DNA of 63,547 bases, the filler included, from Collodictyon triciliatum (taxonomy: Eukaryota): the NCBI GenBank assembly GCA_043381765.1. It is 11 parts of 11 records of this genome, joined end to end, with 100 filler letters (N's around TTAATTAATTAA, not from the genome) between each part and the next. Parts side by side here need not be neighbours in the genome. Positions count along the whole stretch, not along the records: positions 1 to 5,692 come from JBHJMP010005013.1; positions 5,793 to 11,483 come from JBHJMP010005014.1; 9 more parts are not named here. The stretch is one strand, 5' to 3'. Position 1 is the first letter of the stretch. Each line of letters opens with the position of its first letter. Below, piece by piece: positions 1-11,583 of the stretch. The position numbers and the translations under genes are program-made. The notes below the pieces were generated by a model. The model saw nothing but the letters and a program-made list of their open reading frames with translations. It was not told the DNA's origin and ran no database searches.

Positions 1-190
1 TTTTATCTTTTTTATCTTTTTTATCTTTTTTATCTTTTTTATCTTTTTTATCTTTTTTATCTTTTTTATCTTTTTTATCTTTTTTATCTTTTTTATCTTT
101 TTATTTTTATTTTTATTTTTATTTTTATTTTTATTTTTACTTTTACTTTTACTTTTACTTTTACTTATACTTATACTTATACTTATACTT
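1..190. repeat. Degenerating T-rich microsatellite (TTTTTTATC to TTTTTA to TTATAC)
   Basis: Tandem units directly visible at the start of the first piece. Confidence 0.95.
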
Positions 191-243
191 TTTGTATAGC
201 TATTCATCTATTATTGTCATTGGAAGTGTGAACGAGTTACATT

Positions 244-3200
244 ATGATTTTAATTCGTATTTTACTTTTAGACTTTGTTTTTCACATAAAATTCTTGGAT
301 GTCGGAGGGATGAATGAATCTTCGATTCACACGATGAAGAGCTATGGTCATACATCTTATGTCAGTAGTGTTGCTCTTACTTCTGATAGCTCAAAAATCG
401 TCTCCGGAAGCTATGACTGCACCATCAAAGTTTGGAATCTTTCCAACGGAACTCTGATTCGCACATTGAGTGGGCATAAAAGTCCTATTAATTGTGTGGC
501 TGTTACACCTGATGATTCAAGAATCATCTCTGGAGGTGATGACAACGATATCAAAATTTGGAACATATTAAATGGATTTTTTATACGCTCCCTGACCGGA
601 CACACTGGAAGTATTAATAGCATCGCTGTCACTCCAGATAGTTCTATGGTTGTTTCTGGAAGTGATGATAGTACAATCAAGATTTGGAATCTATTGTACG
701 GAACGTTGGTTCGCTCATTTAATGGTCATACTAGTGAAGTTTATAGTGTTGCTGTAACTCCAGATGGCTCGAGAATAGTTTCCGGAGGATATGATGAAAC
801 AATCAGGATTTGGAGCTTTTCTGACGGAGCTTTGCTTCGTGTATTGAAAGGGCATTCCTATATCGTGAATTGTGTAGTTACTACTTCTGATGGTTCAAAA
901 ATTGTATCCGGAAGCTTTGATAATACAATACGAGTATGGAATGTTTATAATGGAGCTTTGATTCACACACTAAACAATCATCTTGGCGATATTTATAGCA
1001 TCTCCGTTACTCCTGATAATTCGCAGATTGTATCAGGAAGTTGGGACAGAACTATCAAAATTTGGAATATTTCTGATGGAACTTTGGTCACAACCTTGAC
1101 CGGTCATTATAGTGTCGTCTATACTATTGGTATCACCCCTGACGGATTGAAGTTCATATCTGGAAGTGCAGATTGGACCATCAAAGTTTGGAGCCTTGCT
1201 GATTTAAAATTACTTCGCACGTTGACTAGCGATACGAATTATGTTTTTAGTGTTGCTATTACTCCAGATGGTTCCAGGATTGTTTCTGGAGGTGACGACA
1301 ACAAGGTCAAGGTTTGGGATGTTTTTTACGGAAAGTTGATTCACTCATTAGCGGGTCATAGTAATTGGGTTTGGAGTGTATTTATTTCTCCAGATGGTTC
1401 AAAAATAGTCTCTGGGAGCTGGGACAGAACAATAAAAGTTTGGAACCTCTCAGATGGAACTTTAATCAGAACTCTTATTGGGCACGTTGGTTGGGTAAGA
1501 GCTATCCATATTACTCCTGATAGTGCAAAAATTGTTTCTGGAGGAGATGACCGAACAATCAGAATTTGGGATTTATCAAGTGGGAAAATGATTCGTTCAT
1601 TAACTGGCCACACAGGGTATATTTCTAGTCTGGCGATTGGTTTTGATGGTTCAATCATTTTTTCTGGTGGCTATCGAGAAATAAAGCTTTGGAATCTCTT
1701 GAACGGAACTTTAGTTCGTACATTGACTGGACATGTTGGTGATGTTACCAGTATTTCACTCACCTATGACAGCTCAAGAATCGTTTCTGGGGGTTATCAA
1801 GATATCAGAGTTTGGAACACAACAGACGGGAATCTAATTCAAACGCTACATAACATGAATACTTGGGTTTGGGGTGTCACCCTGACTCTTGATGCCGCCA
1901 TGATTATTTCGGGAATGGATGATGGCTCAATAAAAATTTGGAATCTTTCTGACGGTGTTTTGATTCGAACGTTGACAGGTCATAATAGCTCTGTGAACGC
2001 TGTCGCTGTAGCTAATGATAGTTCAAAAATCGTGTCTGGAAGTGGAGACAAATCTATAAAAATCTGGGGGCTCTGTTTGGGTGGATACTTTTATGACCTG
2101 GATTCAAAATCATGCAAAATATGCACCCCAGGTAGCTACAGTAGCATAGGGAGTTCATCTTGTTTGCTTTGCCCAGCTGGAACATTTAACCCATCTTCCG
2201 CTTCAGATGGTATAGAATCGTGCATAAAATGCCCAGCGGGAACATACAATCCATCTGTCGGTTCAAAAATGCTGGAATCATGTATAAAATGTTCGGCCGG
2301 TACATACAATCCAACAAATGGCCAAAGTATAAATTGTACCTCGTGTCCGACCAGAACTTACAATCCAGAAGTAGGTCAAACAAAATGCATTTCATGTGGG
2401 AGTGGATGGAATGGAGGAATAACTGGATCTACATCTATAAATCAGTGCTTGTGTCTTCGTTCAACCTATTTGGATGGAGAGTCCAAACAATGCAAAGACT
2501 GTCCAACTGGATTTGTATGTGATGGGAGTAGTAATGTAAAAGTTCAATCAGGCTTTTGGAAAGCCCCTAACTACGAGGGACAATACATCTCATTTAAGTG
2601 TTTCAATGAAGCTGCCTGCGTTGGTGGAAACAACACATGTGCTGAAGGATATACGGGAGTTTTATGTGGTGCATGTGAAAAAGGTTACGGAAAAATGGGA
2701 TACTTTTGTACCAGATGCTCATCTAAACGAACAAATGGGTTTTTAGTTTTCATGAGTATTTGTCTTCCGACAGCTTTTGTTTTTTACATGATAGAGCAAT
2801 CAAAAGAGCCCAAATCTGAAAATATTCAAACACTAAAAACACTTGCGACCCATTTTCAGATCTTGTCATATCTAGCCAACTTTGATGTTAATTGGAGCGT
2901 AATAATTTTTTCAATTATGAAAATTCCAGCCCTTTTTTCGTTTACGCTATCCTTTGACAATTACACGACTGATTGTCAATTTGACATCAATATTTACGAC
3001 AAAGTTATATGCTATGTTTACACCACTCTTTATGGTGGCTATTGTTTTGTTGGCAATATTTTTAAAGATTATATGGAAATTAAAATATAATCAAATTACG
3101 AAAGGTGATATTTCTTTTCATAACCTCGTCCAAGAATTTATCTTTTCCTTGCTTGTCATGTTGTTTTTTGTCCACCCGACGATTACCTCGTCGATTTCTA

Positions 3201-3928
3201 ACATTTTTGGATGTGTTGCGCTGGGTGATAAGAGCTACTTGAAGGCTGATATGTCGATTTTGTGCGAAGATGCAACATACTTGTTTTGGAGGGATTCGTC
3301 CTTGGCTTATGTAATATTGTATTGCTTTGGTGCACCTCTCTTACTTGGCGGATACATGTTTCACAAAAAACTATCGATAGTCAACTCGGCATCGGGCACA
3401 TATCATTTATTTAGATTCTTGGTCGATGGCTACACAAAGAATTGCTTTTATTGGGAAATTGTGACGATGATGCAGAAACTTTTTGTTGTAGTCGTTAGTG
3501 TGATATTTTCGCCTTCGTTGCAAGTCTACTTTGGCCTGTGGATTCTGATATCAAGCATAGCATCCACAACATATTTCAAGCCTTTTGTGTCAAAGGTTTT
3601 GAAGAAATACCAGATTTGGTCCAGTTCTGTACTCTATTTTACTTTGATGACAAGCTTGTTGTTTCGATATTCGGAGTTCAACTTTACAACCGAAATCGCT
3701 CTTGTCATCATGGTGGTTGTTTTAAATGGAAACTTGGCAATTGTTTTCATGTGCAAAGCTGGCCCAGCGGTCATCGTTCCCTTGTTTGGAGAAGTTGTCA
3801 GGTTGGCGAATCCGATATTCGAGGCTATAATAAGCTCAGAAATTATTTTGGGCATGAGAAAAAGGATTGGAAGAGTTGGAAAAAGTGATGCATCTAACCC
3901 TCGCGAAGACCTAAACTCACAACTATGA
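244..3928 (+). CDS. Multipass membrane protein: about 14 WD40 repeats, Cys-rich (CPAGTYNP) repeats and a C-terminal multi-TM domain; one frameshift near 3004-3010
   Basis: ORF 244-3090 has regular GH...SGS.D.TIK.W repeats, then C..CPAGTYN repeats and a GFWK...C..GYTGVLCGAC..GY module. ORF 2954-3928 continues the hydrophobic helices. Adding AT at gttatatgct gives INIYDKVIYAMFTPLF. The true start may lie upstream. Confidence 0.88.
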
Positions 3929-3945
3929 TGGGAGGGAACGTTCAT

Positions 3946-4050
3946 CTTTTTCTTTTTCTTTTTCTTTTTCTTTTTCTTTTTCTTTTTCTTTTTCTTNNNN
4001 NNNNNNNNNTTCTTTTTCTTTTTCTTTTTCTTTTTCTTTTTCTTCTTTTC
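3946..4050. repeat. (TTTTTC)n microsatellite with a small N gap
   Basis: Directly visible. Confidence 0.95.
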
Positions 4051-4459
4051 ATGATTCCAATAAAATCCCAATGGCGAGTGTGCTCTGGATATCCAATCAC
4101 AGTTTCATAAACTCAAATAAATGGAAAAAAGAAAAAAACATAGAAAAGTTATGGATTAAATGAATAAATTGAGAATGATGTGAATCTTACGAGAATTTCA
4201 AAAAAAAATACCTTTGAAAAGAAGTCCAAAGGAATATTTAAATCCAATCCATTCAAATGAATAATGGAATGAATCATTCTGAAGAGTACTTCTTTGGTAT
4301 GGATAAATACAACATGAAAATGAGCTAAATTGCCATAGGAGGCATCAAAATGAGCAATAATACAGTAGATTCTTAGAAGAGGAGTACGCTTGAGTTATTT
4401 TATTGATTAATCAGACTTTGTTGTCTGCTATTCTTCTCTGCATTTCCATTCAGTTGTTA

Positions 4460-5459
4460 TCACTCGCCCAGTAAATGAGTGAAAGAAAGGATGAAGGTGT
4501 GTATCAATTCTTTCAGAGATTCACCTTGGGGTTAGGAAGACTATCAGATGCGTGGACACCCTTCGAAGAAATCAACTTCTCAAAAGCTTTCCATTCCTGC
4601 AATACAACCAAGAAAGGATAAAAGGAAAATAGCTTTAAGTCTCTAGAGTTTTTGATTTTACGGACTCAGTATCATGTGTTGTGTTCATAGATTAAAATTA
4701 TTCGGCAAAGATTTGGCAACCGGGGATTACCAATCTCTTTCATATCATTTATCGGGATTGATTTGACCGTACCTCGAAACTCAATGAATAACCTTCAGTC
4801 GTGACGATTCGCTGGAGCTCAGAGAGACCTATGGCATCCTTTCGTGACGGACTCTGTATAATTCGGCAAAATGAAAAAAAAAGTGGTCGGTAAAATGAGA
4901 GAAAATTTTAACTCAACAAATGAATATGTTCACAATTAAAAGAATAAAAAAAATGTGTTAATAAAGAGGGTACTCATCTTTGGTAAATAAAAGAGATTAC
5001 ACAAGACAAGAGACATCTCAGTCAGAAATTCAGGTATAATAATAGTGGCGTGATTGTATTACTTCACTCGTCTATAAAATTCGACGGTTGATGAATCATG
5101 TATACCAATTCTTCAAACAACCTCTTACCAAGTATTTCAATGCAAGGGCCACGTCCCCTTCGGAATGCTTGGACAGCTCTCCAGAAATCATCAAAGGAAC
5201 GAGAATTGTTTGCAACTGCGAACTCGATACTGATTCACCATCGATTTTTCGGAGCTGCAGAAAATAGTCAGTACATATATTGTGCGAGAGAAAAAAAAGA
5301 CACAATAAACGAATGATAAGAATGTCGTAGATGTTCTCAAAAGTCCGACATATCCAACAAAATGTAGAGAGGAAATGATATTTTACTTCGTTGTTTATTT
5401 TGGAAAGGCAATTAGGAGATGCAAGGTAATTGAGACCACTGATGAGAACCGGGACGTTG
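4460..5459 (-). CDS. EF-hand/calmodulin-like protein resembling EFCAB2/DRC8 (5'-partial)
   Basis: Four GT-AG-spliced exons give NVPVLISGLNYLASP...|LRKIDGESV...EGDVALALKYL|SPSRKDAIGLSELQRIVTTEGYSLSFE|EWKAFEKL...GE*. This resembles the DRC8 pattern as I recall it (EDVLLRAF...DELIKYMTEEGEPFSQEEM). Confidence 0.55.
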
Positions 5460-5692
5460 CTATAGTTAAAGAAGTAAGAAAATGATATATTAGTGGTGTG
5501 ATAGAAGAATTATGGGTCGTCTGGGGCCCACCAAGAAAGGAATAGCATTAAAGGCCCACATTCTAGATACATAAGAAAGCATAATTCCTTCTTTTTTTTC
5601 TTTTCTTTTTTTTTTTTTTTTTTTTTTTTTTAGTATTCTTTTTTTTTTTTTATTCTATTTTTTTTGTTTTTAAATAAAAACAAAAGTTTTTT

Positions 5693-5792
5693 NNNNNNNN
5701 NNNNNNNNNNNNNNNNNNNNNNNNNNNNNNNNNNNNTTAATTAATTAANNNNNNNNNNNNNNNNNNNNNNNNNNNNNNNNNNNNNNNNNNNN
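5693..5792. other. Artificial contig linker (N44-TTAATTAATTAA-N44); first of ten
   Basis: The same 100-nt linker, with stops in all six frames, recurs at 11484, 17273, 23061, 28847, 34633, 40417, 46201, 51988 and 57770. Confidence 0.98.
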
Positions 5793-5923
5793 TTCTTTTT
5801 TTCTTTTTTTCTTTTTTTCTTTTTTTCTTTTTTTCTTTTTTTCTTTTTTTCTTTTTTTCTTTTTTTCTTTTTTTCTTTTTTATCACGGAGGTAAAAGAGA
5901 TAAAGATAGGGGTGGAAAAGAAC

Positions 5924-8900
5924 CTGGTACGAGAAATTTATGTGACTCAATATACTGAGTTCACTATCTCTCTGAGCATGGACATCGATTGTAGGATATA
6001 ACTCTTCAGGACAATTGCTCTAAATAATTATTTTTTAGTTTGAATGAATAACGACATTAGGCTGTGCATGTCCCAATATACAAAAACCAAATCATACGGT
6101 ATATCGGTGACTTTCGTGCAATATAGCGTTTAGCTCTCCGTGCGATTGGAAGATGTATTGCCTCTCCGCCTTAATGTACGAAAAGAAATATTATTAAAAA
6201 ATGCAAAGGTCTTAAGGTTGAAAAACTGAAAGACATATCGACCCAAATTTTGCCTCATCAAAATGGAGAAAAATGACCGTTTTGGATACGTATCAACATA
6301 AAAGGTTTGCCTTTTCAAAAAGAGAATCCAAATAGAGCGCCATAATATCACCGCGGCCCATTAGGAAATAATTCTTCAAGTTTTCAAAATGTTCAGCAAC
6401 GTGAAATCTATTTTGTATAGTCCAAAATATCGGTTAGAATCAAATCTGTATTGGCAATAATATGCAATATGTACATACTCTTTGAAAAGAACTTGAACGA
6501 CCGATGCGCAAACGTTTTCAGACTTCTTCATGAGTGGGAGCATCACCGTTCTTTCCACCGTCACTGAAAGAGGTTCCATGTTGAGAGATGGGCTCGGAGG
6601 TTCTTTTGTGTGATATTTTAGGAGTAAAGTACAAAGTGTCAACTTAGATATACACTCATTTAAGTGAATAAAAACGTAATATGTTCTCTTATCTTTTTCT
6701 TTATTTTTCTGTTGTAAAATGACCAAGATATTTCACCAATATTTTATTTCTTTTGAAAAAATATTCACCCTCAACTGGTGCTGCCTGATGCATAGATTCC
6801 AAATGCAAGCCACTTCGCAGTGGGCATGGGTCACCAAATATGGATAGAAATGACATATTTCCAGGTGAAAAAAGACGCGGCTGATGATTACCTGAAGTAT
6901 TGGTATTAATATTGGTATTTACATACAATCGAAATATGACCAGCTTCGATTTCTGTATTAGATACCAAGATAAAGAGAAAATGATTATTTTATTATTTTT
7001 GTATAACCGATGAAAAATATTAACAACGTAATTGATTTACCAGGTCTCAAAGCCATGCGACGAAACGAGATAAATTTATCACTCGAAGAAATCATGTTGC
7101 CCGATTCATGAGTTTCAAAAACAATTGCGCTGGAACTGGAAGAGTGAGATAGCGAATGATTTTCTGGAGTGCGAGTTGAAACCGTAAATCGGCTGGATAT
7201 ATTGCTCGTTAGATGAGCTGCTTCATTTATTGTTTGAGTCAGATAACCTTTACTTTCCTATTCATAATGCTATTATTATTAACTTTCATTCATGTTATTT
7301 TTTCCCTTTGTTCGTTTCAAAACATTTATTTAATCCTATAAAATTGAATGGAATGCTCATATCGATATTTACAATTATTTTAGATAAATTTATTCATCTA
7401 TCTTACTATGGAGGCAAAAAATTATTAAAAATTAAAAGAGAGCTATTAGTAAGTAGCAAACACAAACCATCGACTGTTCTAGTACACTTAAAAGAAAAGC
7501 AGATTTTCCAAATAGAAGGATAGTTTGTGTGTGGCTCTCCATAAATATCGGGGCACATGTGTTTGATTGTGAACTCTCCCTTCTAACATCGAAAAGGTGG
7601 TTCCAGACAGAATTAACGGCGACATTCTGTAAGGGTTCGCAAGATGCACTGGATTCCAACCAGAAGGCGTTAGGTGGTTTTTTTTTTTTTGAGAGAGAGA
7701 GAGAGAGAGAAACAAGAAGCTACGTTTAATGTTTCATATATGTTGATTATTGGATACCTGTAGATAAAGAATTCTTCATGCGGGTCGATTATTTGCCCTT
7801 TTTGCATCCAGTTTGACAGGATATTCATGTATGGCTTCTGTATGTTTGTGAAAAGCTCCCAGGTAAAAGCATAGTCAGATTCACCACCCACCATCAATGA
7901 ATTGGATAACAATCGATATCTGTATTTGATTCATGGAATAAGATACAAGCAATTGCTTTCTGTTTTTGTAAATACTTTACGAATCATATTAAATTCTAAA
8001 GTCTAAAGTCTAATTTCTAGATATATGTATTTTGCATATCCGCATTATATGGAGGATTTGTACGGAATAAAAGGTATTTTCTCTTAATCTTGCAAATGGA
8101 ACACTTTTAATATATTTAAAAAAAATACACACGATAGTGTCAGCACGTTTGATGTACACAGTGCATTCATATGTTTTGTTTGTACTGAAACTTCTACGCA
8201 AGAAATATCATAAATGGGTCAATTGAACTTGTCCCAGCAAAAATTTATTGTCGTTCCTTTTTTTAAACAAAAATTTAATTTGTAGATTTTTGACTGTATA
8301 TAAACTCTATTATTATGAATATGATTGTCATTTTGATTGTCATTGTCATTACTTTTTCAAAATAAAAACCAATATCATAATATCAAACCAGAAGCCTTCT
8401 CGACCATTTCTGCCAGGCATGCGACTTTGACTTCAAAATTTTTCAAGAAGTTGCCCAGGTTCAACAGTGTTGTTGAAGATTGATCTCCTTGACAGTATTT
8501 TATTTGGATGCCAAAGGAATTGAGAAGATGTTGTTATTCATTGTAAAAAAATTAGCGACTAAGAAAACAATTAGCATTTATCTAATAATATATTTGTAAT
8601 TTTCAATAAAAAAAATCAATATATGTCAACCATGCTATTGTAAACAAGAAGGAAAATATTGCTTATGCTTGCCCTTTGGAACTCAAGTAATTGGTTCATG
8701 AAGTCAACTCGCTTTTTTGTGCAGAAAGTTGCTAGTGCCTCTGTCGTTTGTGTGATGGTGGGGTGTTTTCGGGTATATACACTAGAAAATGGCGATGATA
8801 TTGCGTTGGAAGATTAGAGAAGCCTTGCAAGGTTTGCGGAGGTTTTGGTGCTGCGACTCGTGTTTATATAAAGTAGATTGTACCTCTGTTCAAAAGCCCT

Positions 8901-9396
8901 CAAGCGAGATATCCTTTCTGCGAAGAGAACCACCGGACCCAACAACCTGTTGACATTTGCACTCGAAAGATGCCTCAGGCGAAGCTCGTAAGCCAACTGA
9001 CGGGTTTCTCTCTCAGCAAAAGGCAGGCATGAAGAAGGAGGAGAAACAGACAAAGACAGAAAAGAAAAGGACGACTCATCCGCAATTGCTAGTGAGGCGA
9101 AACCCCAGAAGCCAGCCACTTGCCTCGTAGGAAACACGCGAGTCTGTCTCCACCGCACGCCAGAGACGGCTGCAGCTTCCGTGCATCAGAACTATGCTTT
9201 CTTCAACCAGCTGCCGTTCTGTTAATGCGACAGCCGAGCGTGGCGTTTGCATCTTGAAGTGTTTCTCTGCGGTGCCCGGAACAAGAGGCAAGAGATGAAA
9301 AGACGCTTTCTGAAGAAACGCAGATCGGGCTCGCTTGGGGCTTTGGTATGGATGGCTTAGAGACTTTTTATTTGGAAGGCGAGCTACGGTGACCAT
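5924..9396 (-). CDS. TUBGCP5: Gamma-tubulin complex component 5 (Spc97/98 family), 3'-truncated by the contig end
   Basis: Exons encode LTERQLVEESIVLMHG, QKPYMNILSNWMQKGQIIDPHEEFFI, PIFMESHTQTILLFGKS, FHVAEHFENLKNYFLMGRGDIM and HINFSYQ, all GRIP-domain motifs closest to GCP5. There is a probable 1-nt indel near 8725 and the start is uncertain (9396 or 9511). Confidence 0.8.
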
Positions 9397-9507
9397 GCGA
9401 ACCTCCTCACAAACCCTGACACCGTTCTCATACTCTGTTTCCTCGGTTTTTTCTGTTTCGATTTTCTTCTTTGGCTCTTTTTTTTTTCTGAGACCCTTCG
9501 CTCCTGG

Positions 9508-11394
9508 TCATGACAAGATTGACGAAGATAAGCTTGATGGGCGAAAAACATATCCCCCTGATGACGCTCGGCTGCTTTGCTTCGCTAGGAAGTCGGACCT
9601 GTAAAAAGTATCAAGGTTTAAGCGGAATAAAACTAATGTTATCTCCCAAGCAACACCCAAGGTAGTAGTACCGGGCGCTTTTCTTTTCTTTGTTCTTTTT
9701 CTTTTCTTTTCTTTTCTTTTCTTTTCTTTTCTTTTCTTTTCTTTTCTTTTCTTTTCTTTTCTTTTCTTTGTTCTTTTTCTTTTCTTTTCTTTTCTTTTCT
9801 TTTCTTTTCTTTTCTTTTCTTTTCTTTTCTTTTCTTTTCTTTTCTTTTCTTTTCTTTTCTTTTCTTTTCTTTTGTTCCGTATACCGAGACTGGTCCAAGA
9901 GCTGGCGAGCATGCTCGCGATTCTTCAACAGCTGCAGTGAACGTCTCATCTCCTCTTCTTTTTTGCACTTCTGTGCCTCTTGGTGCCAGTACTCGGCCTG
10001 CTTTCGGTCGTCCTCTATGTCTTTGAGCTTTGATTCAAGCTTTCTTTGCAGAATATCATCCACAGAATCCCTCAGCTCGGATTGGTATTGGAATATGCTT
10101 GAGACACGGCTCATTTCACTGTCTCGAAGCCTTGCCTCGTATTCTTCTCTATCTCCTCGGATTCGCATCTCATCCTAAGATATTTTGAAACCATCTTTTT
10201 AATGAATAATAACAGTCATTTGCTGATATTTTCATTTGATATGGGTTTGAAAAAAAAGTAGAGATTGTGTCAAAGTCGATCCGCAGTAAATGCAATATTT
10301 TTCATAAGCATTTGGATGTGCACATAGTAGCCAAAGGTGCACTTGCATAATCATCCAATTGTAATATTTGAGGTATTTTAAAAGTATTGGCCATTACATG
10401 AATAATCGTTTTTTTTTATTTAGAAACTCCAAACTATGTGGTATTGAATTTATTTTGAAAGAAAAAAAACCTTGTAAGAATTTTGGGATGCTGACAATAT
10501 GTAAGGTTTCACAACCATCGAAGCTCTGTCCAGTCTCTCTTGTTTCATTTTATTCTCATACTCCTCCTTTTCCTTCAACTATCGTTTTTCATATAATTTT
10601 GCGTCATGCTTTCCAAATAATATAGGTATTTCAACATCAAAGATGTATGAAAATAATCCCGGACCTGTTTATCATAAAACTTCCCGCTGATTCTCAGCAT
10701 TTCTTGATCTTCTAGAAGGCTTTTGAGCATCAACTCTCTTCGACGGGCTCCAGGTTGCTGCTCCTTCGCAAGGGAGGTGATTCCATCAGCTCTCTGATTC
10801 AGTCCATGAGGAATATAACGACGGGTCAAATATCAACATTTCCATTAATTGATTTATCGGGATGCAATAATATAGTTCTTCAAATAAAAATGGTACCTTT
10901 TTGTGCTCCTTTGACGCCTCGACGTAGTTATTCTATACTCATTTGTTTGAAGAGTCGAACTTTAGTGTAATATGTGCAAAAGAATTAAAAGGATACACTC
11001 CTGGTAATGTCACAAACCAGTGGATTCAATTCGTTGATCAAATACACGAGTCAACAAACCAAAATGCTATTTTCTAGCGCAGCTTTTTCAATTCTCTGAT
11101 CTCCAACTTCAAGTTTGCGGCGCTCTTTCTGCGCAAGTGTCTTTTTGTCTAGAGTTAGAGGCCTCGGATATGGGTCGGGGGAACGATGCGAATAAGAGCT
11201 ATCAGTCTTCGTTGGTCCCTCATGATTTCCTGTTTTTTGTGAGATATGGTCTCCCTTCAAGGATTTCTATAAACCAAAACTTTGATGTAAAAAGAGAGAC
11301 ATTCTGAATGGAATAAAAATGAAATATAGCTTTCCTAAAAAATGAAGAGATACATTTACTTTCGACGACGATGAATTATCTGAAACGATAAGAC
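9508..11394 (-). CDS. Uncharacterised coiled-coil protein (5'-partial)
   Basis: Canonically spliced E/K/R/Q-rich exons: ALENSIL|NNYVEASKEHKK|RADGIT...FYDKQ|LKEKEEYENK...|DEMRIRGDREE...LDQSR|SDFLAK...SILS*. Confidence 0.65.
9680..9872. repeat. Intronic (TTTTC)n microsatellite
   Basis: Directly visible; it is the source of the spurious KKRKE ORFs. Confidence 0.95.
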
Positions 11395-11583
11395 CTGAGC
11401 AAAAAAAAAAAAAAAAACAACGAGAAAAAAAAAAAAAAGAAAAAACAGGAAAAAATTTTATAAAATATAAAAATTGAAAAAATNNNNNNNNNNNNNNNNN
11501 NNNNNNNNNNNNNNNNNNNNNNNNNNNTTAATTAATTAANNNNNNNNNNNNNNNNNNNNNNNNNNNNNNNNNNNNNNNNNNNN

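Noticed and set aside
3000-3012. Programmed frameshift or RNA editing in the WD40 receptor (also the indel near 8725 in GCP5)
   Set aside because: The breaks sit in short AT or homopolymer runs with no slippery site, so sequencing error or a null allele is more parsimonious. Raw reads are needed.
10579-10581. Possible in-frame TAG suggesting stop-codon reassignment
   Set aside because: The TAG is the intron acceptor (FYDKQ|LKEKEE). Other genes end in normal TAA, TAG or TGA.
10988-10996. Perfect GTATCCTTT on the minus strand
   Set aside because: It is internal to a canonical intron; the gene splices in frame without it.
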